Shown here: piece after piece, positions 25,536 through 38,000 of the stretch
Layout of the letters: each line of letters starts with the position of its first letter
Numbering within the stretch: position 1 is the first letter of the stretch
Source: a virus
DNA length: 64,000 bases
Strand: one strand, 5' to 3'
IMG/VR virus record: IMGVR_UViG_3300043434_000210
Coordinates: 3,059-67,058 of that record
Position numbers and translations under genes: made by a program
Notes under the pieces: generated by a model
Told to the model about the DNA's origin: nothing
Seen by the model: the letters and a program-made list of their open reading frames with translations, nothing else
Databases searched by the model: none

Positions 25536-27094
25536 TGCAGATAGTTGACAATAAAGCGCTCTTGTTTAGAACAAGAACGCCGGAGAAATACTCCGTCATT
25601 CCTAAGAGCAGAGTCGTTGGTGAGAACGACGGTGTCTATGAAGTAGCCGTGTATTGGGGTTTAGATGAAGTGCGCGTCTTGCGCAACCTAGGTGTTAAGA
25701 ACCCACCGTCCCCAATCACCGCACGTTACGACTGGCCGGGCAGGCACAGACCGTTTGCACATCAGATGGACACCGCATCATTCTTGACTTTGAACCGCAA
25801 GGCATTTGTGTTTAACGACCCTGGGACAGGTAAAACTTTATCTGCGTTGTGGGCGGCTGATTATCTGATGCGTGTTGGTCAGGTACGTCGGTGCTTGATT
25901 CTATGCCCTCTGTCTATCATGGACGACGCATGGATGAGTGGTATCGGCAAGAGCATCATTCACAGGTCAGCAATCATTGCGCATCACTCCCAAGCGTCTC
26001 GGCGTATTGAGATGGTGCAGGGCGACTACGAGTTTGTAATCGTGAACTACGATGGTTTGAACCTCATCGCTGACGAAGTTGCGGCTGACGGGCGCTTCGA
26101 CCTCATAATAGTTGACGAAGCCAATGCATACAAGAACCCAACGACCAAGCGTTGGAAGTCGCTGAACAAGATTGTAAAAGGCGACACCCTGTTGTGGATG
26201 ATGACGGGAACCCCTGCATCGCAGTCACCTGTGGACGCTTATGGTTTAGCTAAACTTGTTAACCCAAGTGGTGTGCCTAAGTTCTACACAGCATGGCGAG
26301 ACAAAGTCATGAACAAGCTGACGCAGTTTAAGTGGGTGCCCAAGGGCGATGCTCAGCAGAAAGTCTACGACGCACTGCAACCTGCCATACGCTACACCAA
26401 GGAAGAATGTACCGACTTACCACCTGTGCTTACCGAGACACGCGAAGTGCCGTTGACTCCACAACAGAAGAAATACTACATGTTGTTGAAAGAGAAGATG
26501 CTCATCAGCGCGGCAGGTGAGACTATCACGGCAGTAAATGCGGCGGCTGGGGTCAGTAAGTTGCTACAAATATCGGCAGGTGCTGCCTACACAGATGGCC
26601 TAGAAGTAGTAGAGTTTGATTGCTCACCACGATTGAATGTGCTACTAGAAGTATTGGAAGAAACCAGTCGCAAAGTGATTGTGTTTGCGCCCTTCCGCCA
26701 CAGTATTGACACCATCACCAATCACTTGATCAAACACGGTGTGGCGGCTGAAGTTATTCATGGCGACGTGTCGGTAAATAAGCGCACAGATATTTTTAAG
26801 CGCTTTCAAACTGAAACAAACCCACGAGTTCTAGTAGTTCAACCACAAGCGGCATCACATGGCGTAACGCTGACTGCGGCCGATACTGTGGTGTTTTATG
26901 GACCGGTTATGTCTGTCGAGACCTACCTGCAGTGTATTGCGCGTGCTGACCGTATTGGTCAGGATTCCACCAATGTGACTGTGATACACTTACAGGGTAG
27001 TGAGATAGAAAAACGTATGTTCTCTCAACTTGAAAAGAGGGTTGAGGGCCATGACCTATTGTTGAGTCTCTATAAGGAAGAGCTCGGCAAATAG
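25535..27094 (+). CDS. SNF2-family (SF2) helicase
   Basis: PGTGKT, IVDEA, MTGTP, HGVTLTAA and QCIARADRIGQ motifs. Confidence 0.92.
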   Translation: MQIVDNKALLFRTRTPEKYSVIPKSRVVGENDGVYEVAVYWGLDEVRVLRNLGVKNPPSPITARYDWPGRHRPFAHQMDTASFLTLNRKAFVFNDPGTGKTLSALWAADYLMRVGQVRRCLILCPLSIMDDAWMSGIGKSIIHRSAIIAHHSQASRRIEMVQGDYEFVIVNYDGLNLIADEVAADGRFDLIIVDEANAYKNPTTKRWKSLNKIVKGDTLLWMMTGTPASQSPVDAYGLAKLVNPSGVPKFYTAWRDKVMNKLTQFKWVPKGDAQQKVYDALQPAIRYTKEECTDLPPVLTETREVPLTPQQKKYYMLLKEKMLISAAGETITAVNAAAGVSKLLQISAGAAYTDGLEVVEFDCSPRLNVLLEVLEETSRKVIVFAPFRHSIDTITNHLIKHGVAAEVIHGDVSVNKRTDIFKRFQTETNPRVLVVQPQAASHGVTLTAADTVVFYGPVMSVETYLQCIARADRIGQDSTNVTVIHLQGSEIEKRMFSQLEKRVEGHDLLLSLYKEELGK

Positions 27095-27112
27095 TGAAAA
27101 CCCTAGTTAGGG

Positions 27113-27141
27113 TTGCATTTGCATCTTTGCTGTTGTAAAGT
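27113..27141 (+). promoter_or_regulatory. sigma70-type promoter of the SSB/primase cluster
   Basis: TTGCAT, 17 bp spacer, TAAAGT; the palindrome AACCCT-agtt-AGGGTT (27099-27114) abuts the -35. Confidence 0.55.
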
Positions 27142-27161
27142 ATTTGACATAAGGAGAAAGT

Positions 27162-27566
27162 ATGACAAACGAAACAGTACCGCTAGATAAGCTAGCCAAG
27201 GTATATAGAAAGATTTCTTCGCGGGTTCAAGAACTCACGCAGGAATACGAAACTCAGATTGAAGAGCTCAAGGCTCAACAAGATGAAATCAAGAATGCTA
27301 TGAAAGACCAAATGCTTGCGCTTGGTGTGGGCTCTGTTCGCACTGACGGCGGCACGATAACGCTTTCACAGAAGACGCGCTATTACACAGACGATTGGGA
27401 TTCGTTCAAGTCATTTGTTGTAGAGCACGACGCCTTAGACTTGTTTGAAAAGCGCATCGCGCAAAAGAACATGGCTTTGTTTTTGGAGGAGAACCCCGGA
27501 AGCGTACCGGCGGGGCTCAACTCTTTGAGTGAATACACGGTAACCGTACGCAAACCAACCAAGTGA
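27162..27566 (+). CDS. Replication-module hypothetical protein (coiled-coil N-terminus)
   Basis: 134 aa, AAGGAG RBS, DWDSF...LFEKRI...PAGL. Confidence 0.7.
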   Translation: MTNETVPLDKLAKVYRKISSRVQELTQEYETQIEELKAQQDEIKNAMKDQMLALGVGSVRTDGGTITLSQKTRYYTDDWDSFKSFVVEHDALDLFEKRIAQKNMALFLEENPGSVPAGLNSLSEYTVTVRKPTK

Positions 27567-27573
27567 GATTGAA

Positions 27574-27753
27574 ATGCAAAAAATAGCAATTACAGAAATG
27601 GAAGTTGAGCAGATGTTTCGTAGCGCCGTAATGGCGCGCGGCAGTCTAGGTCAGCCTAGCATGGAAGGCGTAGTTGAAACAGAACTTGATTACGTCATCA
27701 GTATTTTAGAAAGAGAAGCAATGAAATTAGTTAAAGAAAAGGAAGCAGTATGA
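27574..27753 (+). CDS. Small hypothetical protein (59 aa, below the track cutoff)
   Basis: Fills the gap; its stop overlaps the next ATG. Confidence 0.45.
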   Translation: MQKIAITEMEVEQMFRSAVMARGSLGQPSMEGVVETELDYVISILEREAMKLVKEKEAV

Positions 27754-28658
27754 GCGAATTAGCCGTTTTTAACCCAACCCAACTCCCTGCCTTTGCTCGC
27801 AAAGGCGAATTGTCTGACTTGGCTCGTAGCCTTGCAGGTGGTTCAACTTCAACAATGAAGCGCATCTCTACCAAGGGCGGTGTATTCCGTTTGATCGCCG
27901 GTGGTAAAGAAGTTGCTGCAATCGACGACCGTCATCTTGACGTAGTTATCGTACAGGCTGCCCCCAAAATTAGCCGTACATACTATTCAGGAACGTACGA
28001 AGAAGGTTCAGCATCTGCGCCTAATTGTTGGTCTGCTGACGGTGAAAAGCCTGACGCTAGCGTGGAAGAGCCACAATGCTCTAACTGCGCGTCCTGCCCA
28101 CAAAATGCTAAGGGCTCAGGTCAGGGAGACTCACGTGCTTGCCGTTTCTCACAACGTCTTGCAGTAGTTTTAGCCAACGACATTCATGGCGATGTTATGC
28201 AGTTGAACCTAGCCGCCACATCAATCTTCGGTAAAGAAGAAGGCGACAAGCGTCCATTGCAAGCCTATGCCCGTTACTTGGCGGCACAGAGCATTAGCCC
28301 TGAGATGTTGGTTACCCGTTTGCGTTTTGATACAAAGGCGGCGGTGCCTAAGTTGTTCTTCCAACCAGTGCGTTATTTGGATGAAGACGAGTATGGTGTT
28401 GCTATTGAGAAAGGTCAAACAGAAGAAGCTAAACGCGCTGTTACAATGACCGTCGCTCAAACTGATGGGGTAAAGAAACAACCTGTACCACAGATCGAGG
28501 GCAAGAAGCCTGTAGCTAAGGCGGAGCCTGTTGAAGCGGTAGAAAGCGCTGAGGTTGATGAACCTGAAAAGCGTAAGGCACCTGCTAAGACAAATGCCGT
28601 CCCTGAGAAAAAAGCCAACTTGAATGAGTTGGTCGGTCAATGGGATACAGACGACTAA
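27750..28658 (+). CDS. Putative single-stranded DNA-binding protein
   Basis: CWS.DG..P...CxxCP....GS...RAC zinc motif and acidic/aromatic tail (WDTDD); lies between helicase and primase. Confidence 0.6.
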   Translation: MSELAVFNPTQLPAFARKGELSDLARSLAGGSTSTMKRISTKGGVFRLIAGGKEVAAIDDRHLDVVIVQAAPKISRTYYSGTYEEGSASAPNCWSADGEKPDASVEEPQCSNCASCPQNAKGSGQGDSRACRFSQRLAVVLANDIHGDVMQLNLAATSIFGKEEGDKRPLQAYARYLAAQSISPEMLVTRLRFDTKAAVPKLFFQPVRYLDEDEYGVAIEKGQTEEAKRAVTMTVAQTDGVKKQPVPQIEGKKPVAKAEPVEAVESAEVDEPEKRKAPAKTNAVPEKKANLNELVGQWDTDD

Positions 28659-28665
28659 TAGTTTC

Positions 28666-28734
28666 GGGGGAACGCTCAACCGTCGGCTCGGCGACGTTAA
28701 AAAACCTGTATAGATTGGCTATAGCTAGTACCCC
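28666..28734 (+). ncRNA. Putative structured cis-RNA (multi-stem junction with loop-E-like motif)
   Basis: GGGG-GAA...AGUA-CCCC closing stem; inner hairpins CGUCG/CGACG and UAUAG/CUAUA. Confidence 0.45.
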
Positions 28735-28755
28735 ACCCAAACAAACGGAAAAGAC

Positions 28756-29016
28756 ATGCCTTACTCAGACAAAATAAAAGAAACAATAGCTCGAGCGCCT
28801 AAGACGCTCGGCAACCAATTAGGTAGATGGGCGGTGCATTTAGATCTGCCCGTGATGAAGATCGCCGATTACACCGGCGCAACAAGACAGACTGTATATA
28901 ACTGGTTTAGTGGTAACGACGTGACCCCTGCTTATCGAGAGCGCGTGGCTCAACTACTAAGTATTTTGAGAACGTGTACAACCGCCGAAGAGGCGTTGCG
29001 TAAGATAAACAGATAA
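28756..29016 (+). CDS. Cro/CI-like helix-turn-helix protein
   Basis: VMKIADYTGATRQTVYNWFSG. Confidence 0.8.
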   Translation: MPYSDKIKETIARAPKTLGNQLGRWAVHLDLPVMKIADYTGATRQTVYNWFSGNDVTPAYRERVAQLLSILRTCTTAEEALRKINR

Positions 29017-29032
29017 GCATCAAGGGGGCATT

Positions 29033-31891
29033 ATGAGGTCGCAGGATTTCCTAGCGGCGGTTTTACCATCTTCGGCAGGCAACTACTGCGCCGTTGAGAT
29101 AAGCACCGCCAAGAAGGAGCACAAGTGGGTATGCACGGTCGACGAGCTATACGCTGAAGCCATGGCTTTTAGCGATAGGGGTTTGAACGCATACTTCGCA
29201 TTGGCATCGTTTAACGAAAACAACAAACGGCTTGCAGAGAACGCTTTGTATATGCGCTCTTTGTTTATTGATATTGATTGTGGTGAAGGAAAAGACTATC
29301 CTGATAAGCAGGCAGCCGGGGCAGCATTGGATATCTTTTTGTCCGAATCTAGGCTAGCTGAGCTAGGCACGCCTTTCATCCTATCTAGTGGTGGTGGCAT
29401 CCACGTATATTTTGCTCTTGAAGAGAATGTAGCAATAGCTTCTTGGAAACCTGTTGCTGAGAACTTAAAGCGTCTTGCCAAGAAATTAAACTTCAACATC
29501 GACTTTGCGGTGACGGGCGATGCGGCGCGTGTATTGCGTGTGCCTGACACCAAAAACTACAAGTTTGAAAAACCAAGAACTGTACGAGTTCTAGTAGAAG
29601 GTACTGTATTTAAACTAGAACAAGTAGCGTCGCTCCTAGTAGAACAGCTTGGTAGCTCATCATATGAGCCTGCCGTAACTAAATTAGATATTCCCGGAAC
29701 TAAGCCAACGGCTGCGCCTACAACTAATAGCGTCAAGCTCATTGAGAATAGCGTAACAATCTTTGGCAACATTGAGACCAAGTGCGAGCAGGTCAAGTTC
29801 TATATCAACAACGCACAAGACGACGGCATGGAGCCTCTATGGCGTGGCATCCTCAGCCTAGCTAAATACTGCGAGAACGGTGAAGACGAAGCCAAGCGCA
29901 TAACCGACTTGCATCCGTATGACCACGACCGTATGAATCAGAAGTTACGTGATATCAAAGGTCCGTATTCATGCGTCAAGATGGACGAGGTGAACCCAGG
30001 GGTCTGCGAGAAGTGCCCCCACTACGGCAAGCATACCAACGCCTTAGCTCTTGGACGGTCTATAGCTACACATACCGACTCTTCACAACTTGTTGTGGAG
30101 AAACAAATCTCAGCAAGCCATGTAGAGAAAATTGCCATTACCAAGCCTACCCCACCACGGGGGTTCCAATACGGCGCCAAGGGCGGTATCTTCATGGATA
30201 AAGAAGTCAAAGACGACGAGGGTAAGACAAGCAGTAAACCTATCATGGTTCTTCCCTACGACTTGTTTGCCGTAGATATTTTGAACAAAGGTGGTGATCA
30301 CCTAGTACACATGATGGCGTTCCGCCCTGAAGGCACAGTCGATGTGCTTATCCCACAGAAGTCTGTGGTCAGTAAAGATGAAACCGTCAAGGCGCTTGCT
30401 AACCAAAACATCATTGCTGCCTTCGGGTCTGGTAATGATAAGAACTTGTATGAATATGTTCGTGGTTGTGTTGAGCACGCAAGTAGCAACAAAGTGGCAG
30501 TTAAGATACCTGACAGCTGCGGTTGGCAAGCTGACAACACGTTTGTGTATAACAGTAAAGTTTTCTATGCTGATGGGCGCGAGGTGTTTGTACCTACCCC
30601 TGACCTAGAAAACGTCAACAACGCCACTGCCCCTGCGGGCAATCTACAGGATTGGCAGAAGGTATTTAATATGTTGGTCGCCAAAGAGTTGTGGGAAGTG
30701 CTAGCTATGGCGCTAGTTGGGCCTGCGTCTATCTTGATGAAGTTCTCAGGCTTCCGTGGTTGTGTGTATCACTTGGGTTCATCTGAGACCGGTACAGGTA
30801 AATCATTAGCCCTAGAGCTAGCGTCGAGCTTTTGGGGTCACCCTGAGCTGTATCGTGTTAGCCAATCAACGTCTGCTGTTGCGTCACAACAACGCCAAGG
30901 TGTATTGGGTAGCTTGCCTCTGATTACCGACGAGATTACTAACAAGAGCCGTAAAGACTTTGAATGGTTTCCTGAGTTCTTGCTAGACCTAACTCAAGGT
31001 AAAGGCAAAGACCGTATGGAGCAAGGCGCCAACCGAGAGCGTATCAACAAGTCTGTGTGGAATCTACTAGTGTTGTTTTCAAGCAACACCCACATCTTTG
31101 ACTACCTGTCAGGTCAACGCAAACATTCTTCACAAGCTGAGATGGTGCGTGTGCTTGAGCTAACCTTGAACAAGAAGCTTGAGTGGACTTCCGAAGAAGC
31201 CGCAACCCTAGACCTTTTGAAGAACAACTATGGTGTGGTGGGATATCACTTGGTTAAATGGATTGTTGCCAATCGTGCAGTAGCCAAAGAAGTTTTTGAT
31301 AAGACACGCGAAGACCTAAAAGTGGTTATGCAAGCCAACGATGACGAGCGCTATTGGACTGCAGGTAATTCATGCATCGTGGCTATGGCAATCCTGCTAG
31401 GCAAGAAGTATTCAGGCTTATTGGATATACCTGTGCAACCGATCATTGACGTGCTTAAAGCCATGACTACAAATGCTAGAGGCATCGTTTACGGTTCCAA
31501 GCGCACGGCTGAAGACATCTTGAACGCATATACCCGTGAGTTCTACGGTAAGTTCGTGGTTGTTAAGGTTGCTGACGGGGTGTATCAAGCCTCTCTAGGC
31601 GAGCATGGAATTATTGATGCATCGCTGACTCGAACGGATATTGCGGGTAGGGTGGAGCATGGTTTGACCCCAGGTCACGTAGATTATTTTATTGAGGTGC
31701 AGCTACTTAAATCGCACTGCGTAGCTATGAGTTATGGTTTCAAAGACTTGAAAGAACAGCTTGAAAAGAACCCGTACTACAAAGTGACGCCTGTAAAAAA
31801 AGATATGTTGTCGAAGACCCGCGGTCCCTCAATGCGAGTAAATGCACTTAGAATATCACGCCCAATAGTTGCAGATGAACAGGAAGATTAG
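29033..31891 (+). CDS. Primase-helicase (AEP/RepB-like N-terminus, DUF927-like region, P-loop domain)
   Basis: FIDID, SSGGGIHVY, RVLRVP.T.N; Cys cluster C..M...CEKC; GWQ; Walker A ETGTGKS; ITDE; GKGKDR. Confidence 0.85.
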   Translation: MRSQDFLAAVLPSSAGNYCAVEISTAKKEHKWVCTVDELYAEAMAFSDRGLNAYFALASFNENNKRLAENALYMRSLFIDIDCGEGKDYPDKQAAGAALDIFLSESRLAELGTPFILSSGGGIHVYFALEENVAIASWKPVAENLKRLAKKLNFNIDFAVTGDAARVLRVPDTKNYKFEKPRTVRVLVEGTVFKLEQVASLLVEQLGSSSYEPAVTKLDIPGTKPTAAPTTNSVKLIENSVTIFGNIETKCEQVKFYINNAQDDGMEPLWRGILSLAKYCENGEDEAKRITDLHPYDHDRMNQKLRDIKGPYSCVKMDEVNPGVCEKCPHYGKHTNALALGRSIATHTDSSQLVVEKQISASHVEKIAITKPTPPRGFQYGAKGGIFMDKEVKDDEGKTSSKPIMVLPYDLFAVDILNKGGDHLVHMMAFRPEGTVDVLIPQKSVVSKDETVKALANQNIIAAFGSGNDKNLYEYVRGCVEHASSNKVAVKIPDSCGWQADNTFVYNSKVFYADGREVFVPTPDLENVNNATAPAGNLQDWQKVFNMLVAKELWEVLAMALVGPASILMKFSGFRGCVYHLGSSETGTGKSLALELASSFWGHPELYRVSQSTSAVASQQRQGVLGSLPLITDEITNKSRKDFEWFPEFLLDLTQGKGKDRMEQGANRERINKSVWNLLVLFSSNTHIFDYLSGQRKHSSQAEMVRVLELTLNKKLEWTSEEAATLDLLKNNYGVVGYHLVKWIVANRAVAKEVFDKTREDLKVVMQANDDERYWTAGNSCIVAMAILLGKKYSGLLDIPVQPIIDVLKAMTTNARGIVYGSKRTAEDILNAYTREFYGKFVVVKVADGVYQASLGEHGIIDASLTRTDIAGRVEHGLTPGHVDYFIEVQLLKSHCVAMSYGFKDLKEQLEKNPYYKVTPVKKDMLSKTRGPSMRVNALRISRPIVADEQED

Positions 31892-32069
31892 AGTGCATTA
31901 CCCTTGGAAAAATACGCCACCGCAGAGTGGCTTCTTCGTACCTACGTTGAAATTAGAAGAGACAAGGCAGGACGGTTTAAAAGCCGCCCTGCACTACAGG
32001 ATTTTTGGCAAAGCCGAGTTTGGAACCAAAGACGGTAAGCTTGGCGTGTTCTTTATTCGCGTTCGCTAG
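31876..32069 (+). CDS. Small hypothetical protein, last rightward gene (start approximate)
   Basis: YPW....SGFFVP; converges with and overlaps the end of the giant gene. Confidence 0.5.
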
Positions 32070-35000
32070 ACAGTTCTTTGGCTAACTCGATCTTCTCCTG
32101 ACGTATTTCATCTAGCATCTTGCGTTTCTCAGGTCCACTCAAATCAGGGTCGGACTTGATAGCGCGCTCTTGCTTGGTCAACTCGCCCATCTTCTGACGG
32201 AAAGTACCTGCAAGAGATGCTAGACCAATCAGATCAGCCTTGGCATCTAGGTATGCATTCGCCTCACGAACTCTGTTTTCAGACTCCAACTTGTCGTATG
32301 TCTGCTTGGACTTGATGATGTCTTCCATGTCACGGTAGGCACGGTTGATAACACCACCTGCATCCACAGGTTGGAAGAACGAGCCAATCACCGGCATGTC
32401 GCTAGCACGCATCTCAGGTTTATTACCTGCTTCAGCAGAACGCATGATCGGGTTAGTCATAGACGCCACAGCTAGCGGCAACCCGCCTACATAACCACGT
32501 ATCAAATACTCAAGCTGGACTGGTGACAAGTAGTTGCCAAGAATAGGAATGCTGCCTGTCACGCTACCAACTAGTTTAGATAGCTCTAGCGTGTTGTCGT
32601 TGAACCGTTCAGCTGGGTCTAGGTCTTTCATACGGTCGCTGATAATTGGGCGCCCTGTGTAGAAAGAGTAGTTAGCCATAATCTCAATAGGTGACTTGAC
32701 CGCCTGCGGAATTGTGCTTGGGCCGATAGGTACAGACTCAGCAACAAGTTTGGTTAAAGCCCTTGCTGCCTCTGATGCACGCTTATCGCCGTACATTGTA
32801 TTGACCAATGCCTCTGGCACCGCCTTAAAGATGAAGCCCAATTCAAACGGAATAGGTACGCGCACAGGCTCGTCTACACCCGGCACATACACAAACCAAT
32901 TCTTGTAGCGCTCGTCATCGTTGGCGTTCTTGTAGGCTTCGTCGTCTTCCATCATCATGGCGTACATCATTGACAAAGAAGCCATCATCATGCCGCGACG
33001 GTATAACTTGCCTTTAATATCTAGCTTCTCGTTAAACGGCATCTTGCCACGGAATGATTTGTAAAGAACGTTCAAACCTTGAATCTGCGCGTTCAAGAAC
33101 GGAATCATTGTAGACAGCATGAACAAGCTAGGTGATGTACCACGTTGGCTGAACGGCATCATCTTATGCACCGCCACAATCGCTTCCATCTCAGTCAAGC
33201 CCTGCTTGATATAACTATCAAACGCCACAGTACGGGTAGCCGCGTCACCTTGCATAGCTAGCGTATCAGCTTTGGCTAGGTAAGATTCCCAACCTTTCTT
33301 GCCGCTAGTCAACTGCAACATAATCTTAGCCATGTCTTCTGACGTGCCTGTGAACACCTGACCGCCAATCAAACCATAGCTCTGTAAAGTTCTTTCGCCT
33401 TCGCTCTGACCGCGCATTGCTTTGTAAACTTCTTTGAGAGAAGAAAGAATAGGCACGGTGTCCACACCGCCACTCATTACAGCGACCATCGGATCACGGA
33501 CAACCTGACGTGCGGCGTAGGCTGGGTTACGTGTAACCCAAGAACGTAGCAATCTAGCAGGAGCGCCCATCGCCTTAACCATATTTGGCAAGCTGGTGTT
33601 TACACCTGACAAGCCGTGAACAAGCATACTAGATGGAACGCCTGCAGCATCGGTATTAACAACCGCATAGTGGTCAACACCATCTCTACGGAAGCGGATT
33701 GTGCGCTCACTAGCAGGGCCTGGACCTTTACGGATACCGCCATTTGGCTCGTCTTTGTTAGCCACTTCAAGCATACCCATGTCACGAAGCGCGTAAGCCA
33801 CGTTACGTGTAGCCATATTTCTCAATGCCATATCCATCAACAAGCTAGTGTTCTGTAGGGCGCCTGTGTATATATCCACTATACGCTCGTTGCCACCAAC
33901 AAGTTCATGTAAGTATGGTTGGTACTGAAGGTTACCAATATTGATGCGTGGGGCACCGCCAACATCCAAGAACACTTCGTCTTTTTCAACACGGTAGTAA
34001 GGGATGTAGTCGTTGTCTGCAACTAGGTCAGCAGCAATTTCAGGCTTCAATGCACCAACTTCTACCAACAAGTTCATCAAGTCTTTGTTGTATTGGTTGT
34101 AAATTTTGTCAGCTTCAGCAAACGCGCTCTTCAAATTAGGGTTGGAGTTAACGTCACGCATAACTGCGTCAAGCTCAGCCTGTGTAATCTTGCCTTCAAA
34201 GTTCAGCTTAGCCAAACCAACTTTAGGGTTTGCCGCACGCTTGGCAATACGATACAAACTATATGCATCTCGTACACCCGCAGCATCGCCCCAATTAGCT
34301 TTAGCCAAAGCCTCAGTAAGTTTTACTAGGTTAGCGCCTTCCAAAGACTCAAGAATATAGCCACCGCCTTTGCCTTTACGTAACTTAGGAATACCGTTTG
34401 ATACACCCTGCGCTGTCCAAGCCATGCGTTGATCGTGCATGCTCAAAGAATACTGAACCTGTGTAGCTTGAATAGAGTTTTCTAAACCTTTGTTACGGAA
34501 CACAGCCTCAATAGGTGCGGCACGGTTAACGTAGCGTGTTTCAAAAGCCAAACCTGTATTACCGCCAAACACACGCTCTTTCAAACCCTTTTGTTTAGGC
34601 ATCAACTTGTCAGCAAGAGACACAATACCTGGGGCACCGCCACCAAAGACAGGAGCTGTTGCTCTGTATTGGAACTCACCGTCACGACCTGTGTATGCGC
34701 CTGGGGCGTATTCTTTAAACTCTTTACGTGCTTTACGTAGAATCTTATAGACGTCGTTTGTGTTGATGTCTAGGTTAACACCCATCTTACGCAAGGCAGC
34801 GCGCACTGCGCCTACTAGCGCCTTGATAAACTCACCCGCTTTTTGCAAGAAGTTCTTGTCAACACGCGCTTCTTCTGTATGGGCAATAACCTCGCGTAGT
34901 GCTTTAGCTTGGGCAAAGGCTTCGTCTTTACCTGCACGTTTAGCTGCCATGTAGGCTGCCAACGCATCTTCACCAACGCCTAATTTGTCGGCAAGTTTAA

Positions 35001-38000
35001 ATACACCACCTTCTTGTTTAGCAACTTGTCGTGCTAAAGCATCCATACCGGCTTGACCAAGCGTTTGCTCAACACCCAAGTGACCTGTAATTTCGTGTGC
35101 TAAGGTAGCGTTTAAGTCTTTGATGTCAGCATGTGCCTCAGCAACAATAAACACGGTTCCGTCTGGCGTAACACCACCACGCAATCCATTTAAGTCTGCA
35201 TCAGTCAAACCGTGCTTCATGCCAGCACCGCGCAATGTAGGTGTCAGCTTAGATACAACAATAACTTTCAAGCCTTTTGGCAAACTTACGGATTTAATAT
35301 GCGACTGCACAGACGCCTTGGTTAACCCTTTACCGCCATGTGCCGGTTCAATACGTGGGTCAAAGTCATCGCGCATGCCTTGCCAGACTTCTCTAAAGTC
35401 GTCAAATGGCACGTCAGCGTCAGCACTTTCATTTTCCCAAACGTTAAGCTTTTGCTTTTCGGCTTTTGTAGTAAGTGCTTTATATTCTGAAGGAGTGAGA
35501 CCTGCGCGTCTAATACCTTCGACCTCGTAGTTATATCCTTTGAGCGCTTTCTCAAACGAATCGCTAAGAACTTTTTCATTGATAGCTTGCTTCTTAAAGC
35601 CAATACGCTCTTCAGTTTTCTTGGCAAGAGTAATCTTGCGCTTCTCTTCAGCCGTAGGTAGTGGCTGTTGTAATGCGGCTTCACGCGCTTTAGTAGCTTG
35701 TTCTGCTGCGATCGCACGTTCTTCAATATACCCTTGCGCGCCAATGCCTGTTTCTTTAGTTTTTGCGTCTTCAATGTATTTAAGAGAACCTTCAACTTTG
35801 GCGATACGCGCACGAAGTGATGGCGTGTCTTTTTCAGCCTGTTGTTTTTTAAGCTTCTTAAGTTCTTTTTCAAGCTTTATTTTAGATGGTGGTTTGTAGC
35901 GTAAGTCAGCCGCTTCACGAATATTTGCACGTTTGCGTAGTGTTTCAAAGTCAGCGTTTGTAGCTACTTCAAGTTGCGCTTTTAGACTATCCCGCTTGAT
36001 AACGTAGTTGTCGTGTGCTTTAGGTGCTGTCTTTTTGTCAGGCATAGGCTTAGACAACAACGTATCCAACTCTTTTTGGATTTCATCAACCATCTTAGCG
36101 CGCTGCTTAGCTGTTAAAGCATTACGCTTACGCTCAATACTGCGCTTGGTTTCTTCTGTCTGTTCGCTTTGAAGCTCTTTTACTTTTTCAACTTGTTCGG
36201 CACGAGTCTCAGGTGCGGCTACTTTCTTAGTAGTCGTGGACTCGCTAAAGCGCATAGCAATATTTTCGGCTTCTGCACGGTATTTTTCAATCCGCCCTTT
36301 TAGCTTGCTGGCTTCTGTCGAGTTTGCTTTTTGCTGAGCCAAGTCAATGAACAAACTACCAAATTCACCTTCAGCAGTACTGATACCTTCTTTGGCAGCA
36401 TACGCACGGAAGTCCGCAAGTTTGTCTTCATAGGCTTTGTCTAGCGTAGCCTGTTCTGCTTGGCGTTCATTTTCGTTTAAGTTAACACCTTTAGGCCCTG
36501 CGTTCTTAGCTTCATACGCTTTGCGTAAAGGACCAACTTTCTTAAACATGTTAGTGACAGCAATATTGCTAATCACTACTTGCTTTATTTCTCTAGTAGC
36601 GCTGATACCTGTTAAACCTAAACCTGTTTGACGGGCAGCCACTTGCTGACTACGACGGATAGCTTCGCCGGAACGAGTATCAACAGTAAGTGCTTCTTTA
36701 GCACGCTCAACACCTTCTTTAGCCATACGCGATGTATGGAACTCTTCAACAGCTTTGTCTATTTCTTTTGTAAGTGTGCGGTATTCTTCATTTAGCGCAG
36801 CTAGCTGTTTGTATGCGTCACGGTATGCGTCTTTGGCTTCTTTTGTAGCAGTGACTACGGCGTTAGTTGCCGTGGCTTTCATACTATCTAGTAGCTTATT
36901 GACACGTTTGTATGCGTCTTCGCGAAGCGTGGCGGCAGCATCGTGCATATCCGCCGTTATTTTTTCAGCGCTTTCTACACCAGCGTAGCTAATAGAATCT
37001 TGCGCATAGTTGCGTTGGAAGTTGGCAGCCTGTTTATCAAGCACAACCGCTTCATCAAAATCTTTAATGATGTTGCCTTGCTGCAACTCTGCAGCAATAT
37101 CAATAACTGAAGTCTTATCTTTATTAAATTTATCAAGCGTTGCTTTGGCTTTTCTAGCTTCGCTAGGCAAAAGCATGTTGATGGCTTCTCTGATACCTTT
37201 TGCGATACCTTGAGCCTGCAACATAATATTTTTAGCTTGATTTTGTAGTTCTGTAATTGAGTCTGGCATCTCCTGTTGCGGCATAGCAACAGCGGTTTCT
37301 TCTTCAATTTCAGGTTTTTTGTTTAGCTCTGGTGAACGGAACCCAAAGGTATACTTAAGCAAGTCCATGTCTTTACGGATATCAACACGCTCTTCCTCAC
37401 GCATACCGGTACGAATCTCACCTTTACCGCGCATCTCTCCCTTGGTAAATTCTTCACGAGCTTTTTCGTATTCTTTAACAGCCGCCTTGTACGCTTTTTC
37501 AAAACGCTGAACTTTTGGCTTGTAATATTCAATTGTGTCTGGGTCATTCTTTACGTTGGCTTCATTTAGCTTATCGGTAAAGTCGTTGTATTTATCTTCA
37601 AGTACAGAAACTGCTTTCTTAAGAATGTTGAGCTGCGCAGTGCCTTCGCCTTTATTGCTAAACAAATCGTTGCCAGACAACTCAGAACGCTCAAGCGCTT
37701 GCCTGTATTGTTCTTGGAAGTTATCGGCAGCTTTTTTAGTTGCTGCCTCTGTTTCAGTACCAAAACGCTGTTGCTCAGCACGCCACCCTGTAGCACGAAT
37801 GGCTTTACCAATTAGAATCTCATAAATGAGTGATGATAAATCTTGCTTTTGTACAGCGTTCAAAGGCTTCTTACCACGGCCTTCACGGTTTACGTTGATC
37901 TCAGATATTGTTGCGCGGATGTAAGTTTCTACATCATTCATAATTTCATCGATAGCTTGCGCACGAGTGCGTGTTTCTAGGCTACCTTCTTTACTTGCAG

